Shown here: in pieces, positions 36,358 through 42,441 of the stretch
How positions within the stretch are numbered: the stretch's first letter is position 1
Layout of the letters: each line of letters opens with the position of its first letter
Assembly (NCBI RefSeq): GCF_001194135.2
Contig: NC_068981.1
Location: 138,055,358 to 138,097,798, forward strand
Direction of reading: 5' to 3'
From: Octopus bimaculoides
Lineage: Eukaryota
DNA: 42,441 bases
Notes under the pieces: model-generated
Told to the model about the DNA's origin: nothing
Database searches by the model: none
What the model saw: only the letters and a program-made list of their open reading frames with translations
Position numbers and translations under genes: made by a program

Positions 36358-36359
<2 letters not shown>
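36165..36359 (+). mobile_element. Short non-autonomous mariner derivative (Hsmar2/irritans-like ends)
   Basis: GCTGAAAAGTTCCTG left-TIR core, transposase tail KLKDRCKMCVNLRGEYVE*, and partial right TIR TTTACTCAAAGCCAGAAA truncated by (TA)n. Confidence 0.65.
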
Positions 36360-36393
<34 letters not shown>

Positions 36394-36414
36394 ATGTGTG
36401 TGTGTGTGTGTGTG

Positions 36415-36627
36415 TCTTTGTTGTCTGTGTTTGTCCCATCACCGCTTGACAACTGGTGTTGGTGTGTTTACGTCCTCCGTAATATAGCGGTTCGGCCAAA
36501 GTGACCGATAGGATAAACAGCAGGCTTCAAAAATAAGTACTGGGGTCAATTCATTCGACTAAAACTCTAAAGCGGTGCCCCAGCATGGCCGCAGTCTAAT
36601 GACTGAAACAAGTTAACAATAAAAGAT
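36415..36627 (+). mobile_element. SINE family C tail preceded by (TG)n
   Basis: CACCGCTTGACAACTGGTGTTGGTGTGTTTACGTCC...AGCGGTTCGGC...GCGGTGCCCCAGCATGGCCGCAGTC. Confidence 0.88.
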
Positions 36628-36759
36628 AATATATATATATGCGTGTGTGTGTGTGTGTGTGTGTATGTGTGTGTGTCCCACTACTGCTTGTCAACCGGTG
36701 TTAGTGTGCATAGTTCCTCATGCATACACACTTCGTGATAGTGTGACCCGTAGCAGCTC

Positions 36760-37965
36760 ATATTGCTGTCGATTGTTGACCGTCGCAGAGGATTCGCTGA
36801 CCAAGTCACTGCCGATGATTGTATCAGACGTAGTCTGGGATTGAAGCGGGTTACCGCCGATTATAATACCACCAAGCCTGCAAATCTCGAACAACATCTG
36901 AATGATTTCACTGCGTGTTACTGGAAAAAAAAGGTGAATATTTTGGGTGGCTGTGATTTTTGGAGTCATAACGTCTCGATTCAAAAGGGATGTTTTATAA
37001 AAGGGCAAGTACCATCATGCTTGTTTTCTACGTTGGTACATACAAAGTTACACAAGTCAAGACGGCTTGTTTAATGTGTTATCCTGTGCATAAGTAATGG
37101 AATGTTAGCCGTTGGTGAAGAAGTAGCAATGACATTCAATACTATCTGTCTCCAACGACAAAAACACTACATGGAGACATAATTGAGATGTCAGAAAACA
37201 TATATCACTACATCATGAATAAAGTCTCCAAAATTTTTCATATTGTATGAAACGATTGATATTTCAATATCTTGTCAACTATTGGCGTTTGCACTTTATA
37301 GGATTGGCGTAGATTTTAAAAGAGAAATTTTTAATGTGTGAGAAAATAGAAATCACAATAAAAGCCCAAGATGTATAGGAAATTCTTAACAACAGGTTCT
37401 TTGAAGTGAATAGCTTATAATGGAAAAAAAAATTATGGGTGTTCCGATGACTGATACAGCTGCCATACTGGGATCAAGACCTGACTTCCAAACATTAGTG
37501 AACGAGTCACTTCAATGGTGATCCGAATTCATTACTTTACTCACAGAGAAGTGTTGGCATAAAATATTATCTAATAAATTTTGCAATGTTTTTAAAAGGT
37601 GCCTGAACTTGGTCAATATTATCAAATGATTGGCTGTGCATAGTAGACTATTAAAAAGAACTTCAGGACATGGGTTCTGGTTTTGGTGTGTATTACTATG
37701 CTTGAATTTTAGGCTCAACCACTGCATAGTGGATGTTTGCTATTTAGCTGACTCGATAAGAATTATACTTATTATTAATACGGCAAGTTACCTCCACTCC
37801 ACACCCCAAATTGTTGGACTTGTGCCAAAATTTGAAACTATTATTAAGGTGGTGAACTGGCAAAATCGTTAACACACCCGGCAAAATGATCAGCGGCATT
37901 TCGTCCGTCATTATGTTCTGACACAAATACCAAAATGTTCTAAACCACTCAAAAACAGAGCTTAT

Positions 37966-37998
<33 letters not shown>

Positions 37999-38535
37999 TC
38001 AGAATTTTTAACAGTTGAATACTAAGCTACAAGGAAAAGGTGAAAATTATTTTACCATCAAGGCATTATCAAAGTTTCTCGAACAAGAAAACAACCTGCA
38101 TTTTAATGCTGTTTTCTAGATGTAGCCTATACTTTTTCATGAACTCTTTTTAATTCAGATGCAACTTTTGACTGTGGAAAATGATTTGGCAGCCGCTAAG
38201 GACCTCTACAAGTCATCTATCATGGAAAATTTTGAAGGAGAGCATGTAGGTATATTACAAAAAGAAATTTTCTCAGTACAAGCGTTAATGATTTCTTTTG
38301 TCATTCGCATCAACTTACATGTATGAAAGTGGATTTCCATACTTGAATCAAATTATATATAAAAAGAGGTATCCTCTTACCGTTGAAAATGCCCATCATC
38401 TGCATTTTGAAGGATCACTCTTCGCGTTGAAATGATCATCAATGATAAGCGAATTCAAAGATCACCTTACATGTGATGACACTGGTAAGAAATAGAATTC
38501 CAACAGGGTGGCATAAAAATAAAGGATTGCCCATA
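36760..38535 (+). mobile_element. Second decayed Buster/ZBED5-like hAT transposase, interrupted by SINE pieces and (TA)n
   Basis: Broken frames in the expected order: NTTKPANLEQHL; FILYETIDISISCQLLAFALY; MTDTAAILGSRPDFQTLV; HREVLA; SFASTYMYESGFPYLNQI. Confidence 0.75.
37772..37922 (+). mobile_element. SINE family A junction fragment (tail followed by head)
   Basis: CCCCAAATTGTTGGACTTGTGCCAAAATTTGAAAC (tail) directly precedes AAGGTGGTGAACTGGCAAAATCGTTAAC...CATTTCGTCCGTC (head). Confidence 0.75.
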
Positions 38536-38689
38536 CTTTTCAATGACATTTGCAAGAAACAAACTGGCAGTGACTTCGAAATTCGAGCTTATTTACTTTC
38601 ACCAGTAAACAAAACCATTGAAGTCAATGTCTATATTTTCCCTGTAAAAATAAATATGTGCATGTGCGTTTGCGTGTTTTTATCTTTTA

Positions 38690-39080
38690 TCTTTTACTTG
38701 TTTCCGTCATTAGACTGCAGCCATGCTGGGGCACCACCTTGAATAATTCTAGTCGAATGAATCGGCCTCAATGCTTCTTTTCTTAAGCATTATGCTTATT
38801 CTATCGGTCTCTTTTACCGAACTGCTATGTTACGGAGACGCAAACACACCCAACACCGGTTGTCAAGCGGTGGTGGGGGAAAACACAGACAGAAAACACA
38901 CACACATGCATATATATATATATACACATGCCGGTCTTCTTTCAGTTTCCGTCTACCAAATCCACTCACAAGACTTTGATCGACCTGAGCCAATTGTAGA
39001 AAATACTTCCCCAAAGTGCAACGCAATGGGACTGAACCTGGATTGATGTGCTTGGGAAGCAAGCTTTTTACCACACAGCA
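38690..39080 (-). mobile_element. Bipartite SINE family C, full length
   Basis: Head 38925-39080, internal (TA)/(TG) spacer and tail 38690-38885, same architecture as 30285-30620. Confidence 0.88.
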
Positions 39081-39453
39081 ACGAAAGCATATTAAATCGC
39101 AAAAACAAAAATAAAGAAAATAATATCCACTTTTATTGTAGATATTTTAGGGGGAGAGGGGAGATTTTGCTGGTGGAAATGGAAGCATTAAACCACCGAT
39201 CTCGGTAAACAAAGTGTTTAAGTGATTTACTGGTTGACACAGCATAGCTAAACTCACGTTTCTGCATTGGAAATATCTTTCATTATTCCAGTTTGTAACT
39301 TAAGGCTAGCATTGACGAATTAACTTTCGTGAAGCAAGCCGTGGCCATGGATATTGACCATAATATGAAATACAAAATTTATATGAATGAAAGGGCTTAA
39401 CTGAACCATTGTCACAGACTTGGATCGCTAGCGAGTACTGCTATTGCACTATT

Positions 39454-39516
<63 letters not shown>

Positions 39517-41214
39517 TATATATATATATTAGGCTATTAATAACTATTTAATAGATTATTACACTAAACTGTTTAATATTTACTATTTCATAAATTATCG
39601 AAAACACTGAGCTACAAGAAATTACATAAGACTAAAATATCTGCATTTATTAATTTAGAAAAAATTGCTTATTTTAGACTAATTATTAATTTTAACCACT
39701 TACATTAATTAAATATATTTTTAATAAATCTGTTCTATTTTGGTTAATTTCATAATATCCTCTTCCTAATACAGAATATAATTAACTATTTATTGAGATA
39801 ATTCCTTTTTGAAGCTAGTTGCCGTTTATCCTAATATCATTAGAAGCCTTCCATCTGGGCTTCATACTTCCTGCTATGAGAATATAAAAATATGTTAAAT
39901 CATTTGCAGCTATCTTTCTGAAACTGAATATGCTATGCCTTTCTCTCTAGGTCACCCCGACCTTGAACGCATATAGAAATGCAATAATCATGCATGGCGT
40001 GATAGCAAGAAAAATTGATTTTATTCCTTTCAGTGTCAAGAGATATGCTGTACCTTTTCAATGGAATGATCAATGGAAAGAACAGACAACTCTCAATTTA
40101 AAAATACTGTCATAAAACTAAAAATAAACCAATAAATAAAATCTAAATGAAACATCAAAGAAAACAGCTCATCTGAAATATCAATCAAATAAGAAGCAAT
40201 AAAAATAATTGAAAACTGAAAACTTTGTAATGGAAGAGAAATATATATAATTAAATAAGAACAAAATGTTCCCACTACAAGAGACATTGAAGAATGTTCT
40301 GAAGTATAATTTCTACAGAACGGCATGTATATTTTTCATAAATTGATTCGTAATGCGTTAAAATTTCAAAATAAATTGAAGACTTTATGCATAGGCTTAA
40401 CAGAAAGATCTAATCTCAGTTGCATGTGGTTCGGAAAAGTGTGAAGCGCTGAGCAGTCAGTTTTCAGAAGGAATGAAATAAAGAGTTGGATGGTGATTAA
40501 AGTGAGAAATTACCAGCTGAATCCTGTTGAGGTTATTTACCGTAGATATATCCTTTATTTAATATTTTCTATTTTTTAATCTCATTTACGAATTTCAATA
40601 TTGGTTTCGTTATCCACAAAAGGCGCATATTTTAGAGACAGTAGAAATTCAAATACAGCATAATGTAATTGATAAGGATAGCAACAGCTATAAAGGAAGC
40701 AACAACAACAGAAACAACAAAACTCACAGTTGCTAAAACTAAAGAAGACTTGGCAGGAAAATCCAAAATTCCAGAACAAATCGGACGTTGGATAATATTG
40801 TTACCACTCAAAATCCATGAATCTGATCAGCTAAGCATGTATACACAGCAGGTGAGGTACTCTCGAGGTTAAAGAAAATATTGAGGTCCCTTCAAATTAT
40901 TCAGCACCTCAAATAAGGTGAAAGAATAGCAGCAGATTCCAACGGAAACACTCTCTTCAACCATATTGTCAAAGAGTTCAAGGTTAATGGTTGGTTAGCC
41001 TTACCAAAAAACCTCCACGATGTGAAACTGCCTCCTAACCATAGAATCAGTTCCAGCTGACTGTAAAGTGGTTCTAAAAGAAATGGAGAAATTATATAGA
41101 AATAAATGTCTGCATATACGGATAACCAGAATTTGGGAACTGAAACGAGAAGTTACAATAAAACTGTGCTTTGGGAATTATCAAAAAATTTAGTCTCATT
41201 TACTTTCTTCAATC

Positions 41215-41400
41215 GTTGGACTGAAGCACTTCCTTGAAGGGTTTTAGTCGAGCAAATTAATCCCAGTTCATATTTTAGTGAGTCTAGTACATATTCTGTT
41301 GCTCTCTTTGGCGAACCACTAAATTACGGGGGCGTAAATAAATCATCACCGGTTGTCAATCGATGATGGGTGTACAAAACAGAAACACAAGGATATACAC
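41215..41400 (-). mobile_element. Degenerate SINE family C tail
   Basis: TTGAAGGGTTTTAGTCGAGCAAATT...ACGGGGGCGTAAATAAATCATCACCGGTTGTCAA is the reverse complement of the family C tail. Confidence 0.65.
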
Positions 41401-41479
41401 AAACTCACAGACACACATATATTTAGCTTGACTGCTAAATCTACAAGCTTTTTTCATTCTCTTTCTGTTTATTTTTGCT

Positions 41480-41610
41480 TATTCCTTCCTGTTGAAGAGC
41501 GTAGGCTCGAAACATTAAAGACTTTCTTCATTTTCCCGAGCGTCAAACTAACACGCTTGTTGTTCATACACCTGTTTTCGTCTTTTGTTTTTCTATAAAT
41601 TTCAATTACA
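41480..41610 (+). mobile_element. Penelope-like terminal remnant with hammerhead-like motif
   Basis: CTGTTGA A GAGC-GTAG-GCTC GAAAC ATT AAAGACT: a hairpin between a CTGNTGA-like box and GAAAC; the core is non-canonical. Confidence 0.4.
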
Positions 41611-41649
41611 ATAATATATAGATATATATGCACTTTATTTTACGTTGCT

Positions 41650-41870
41650 CACGTTCATTCAACTGGCAAAAATGAGTAGTACGTGTATTTCAAAGGGCCA
41701 GCTTTGTCACATCCTGTCCCATGCTCAATCTACCTGAGAACTACGTAAAGGTTACACATGTTTAAGGAGTGATCATCCACTTCTTGGCTACTTTCACGGG
41801 CAGGCAGTTTCATTGATCGAATCATCAGGAACACTCATCTTCGTTATCGACGGTGTGCCAGTTTTTCTTT
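41650..41870 (+). mobile_element. Old SINE family D 3' portion
   Basis: GTATTTCAAAGGGCCAGC...TGAGAACTACGTAAAGGTTACAC matches the reverse complement of 26560-26700. Confidence 0.65.
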
Positions 41871-41899
41871 TTGAAGTTTTATACATGACATATGCGTCG

Positions 41900-41995
41900 A
41901 GCTTCTACACAGTTGCCGTCTACCAAATTCACTTATTAAACCTTGGTGAGTCCAACATACTTAAAGTGCTACGCAGTCGAGCCAAATCCGAAAAT
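41900..41995 (-). mobile_element. Degenerate SINE family C head
   Basis: CAGTTGCCGTCTACCAAATTCACT matches 38945-38970. Confidence 0.5.
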
Positions 41996-42441
41996 TGGTA
42001 GTTGCAATATCTATGGAAAACCTCATGAGTTGCATGATATAATCAACATAGAGAAAAAACCCACGAGTCAAAACACAAATAACTATGTAAAGCACTTACA
42101 TTACAAAAGAATATACAAAAATAAAATACAGTGCATTGCACTTACCCAAGGCAGCAAGTGTAGCTCTTGCAGTTAAAACATTCAAAAAAGATAACTACTG
42201 AACAAAGAATTGTAAAAATAACAGAAATTAAAATAAATGGAAGCACTTTACTCCTACAGTTCTACGTAAGCAGGAGAAACGACATCAAGAGACAGGTGAG
42301 GAATACATTTCCTTTATCACGTACATATTTTGCTATTGTTTTCTACACTCTGAAAGAAACTTCTACAGTAGTTGAGAATAAAATCCGGAGGCTGCAATCT
42401 TCATCTAAACGTAATTTGTATCTTAAAACATCTACCCAATG

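Overview
AT-rich eukaryotic, repeat-dominated DNA with nine N-gaps, most flanked by (TA)n or (TG)n. The SINE families and microsatellite style look like an octopus (coleoid cephalopod) short-read assembly; this is inferred from pattern recognition, not from a search. I found no intact protein-coding gene. The long ORFs in the track are microsatellite or gap artefacts, or fragments and antisense shadows of decayed transposons. Recognisable content: several tRNA-derived SINE families; four 3' fragments of R4/Dong-type RLE retrotransposons, all on the minus strand and next to (TAA)n tracts; an L1/Tx1-like and an L2/RTE-X-like LINE fossil; a full-length mariner fossil; two DD41D/rosa-like elements; one DD37D/maT element; two Buster/ZBED5-like hAT fossils; and small hAT and mariner MITEs. 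The most notable element is a 685-bp foldback (16683-17367). Each arm carries a minimal type I hammerhead-ribozyme motif of the kind found in Penelope-like elements. The catalytic core is intact in the right arm and mutated in the left. Related half-motifs occur elsewhere in the window.
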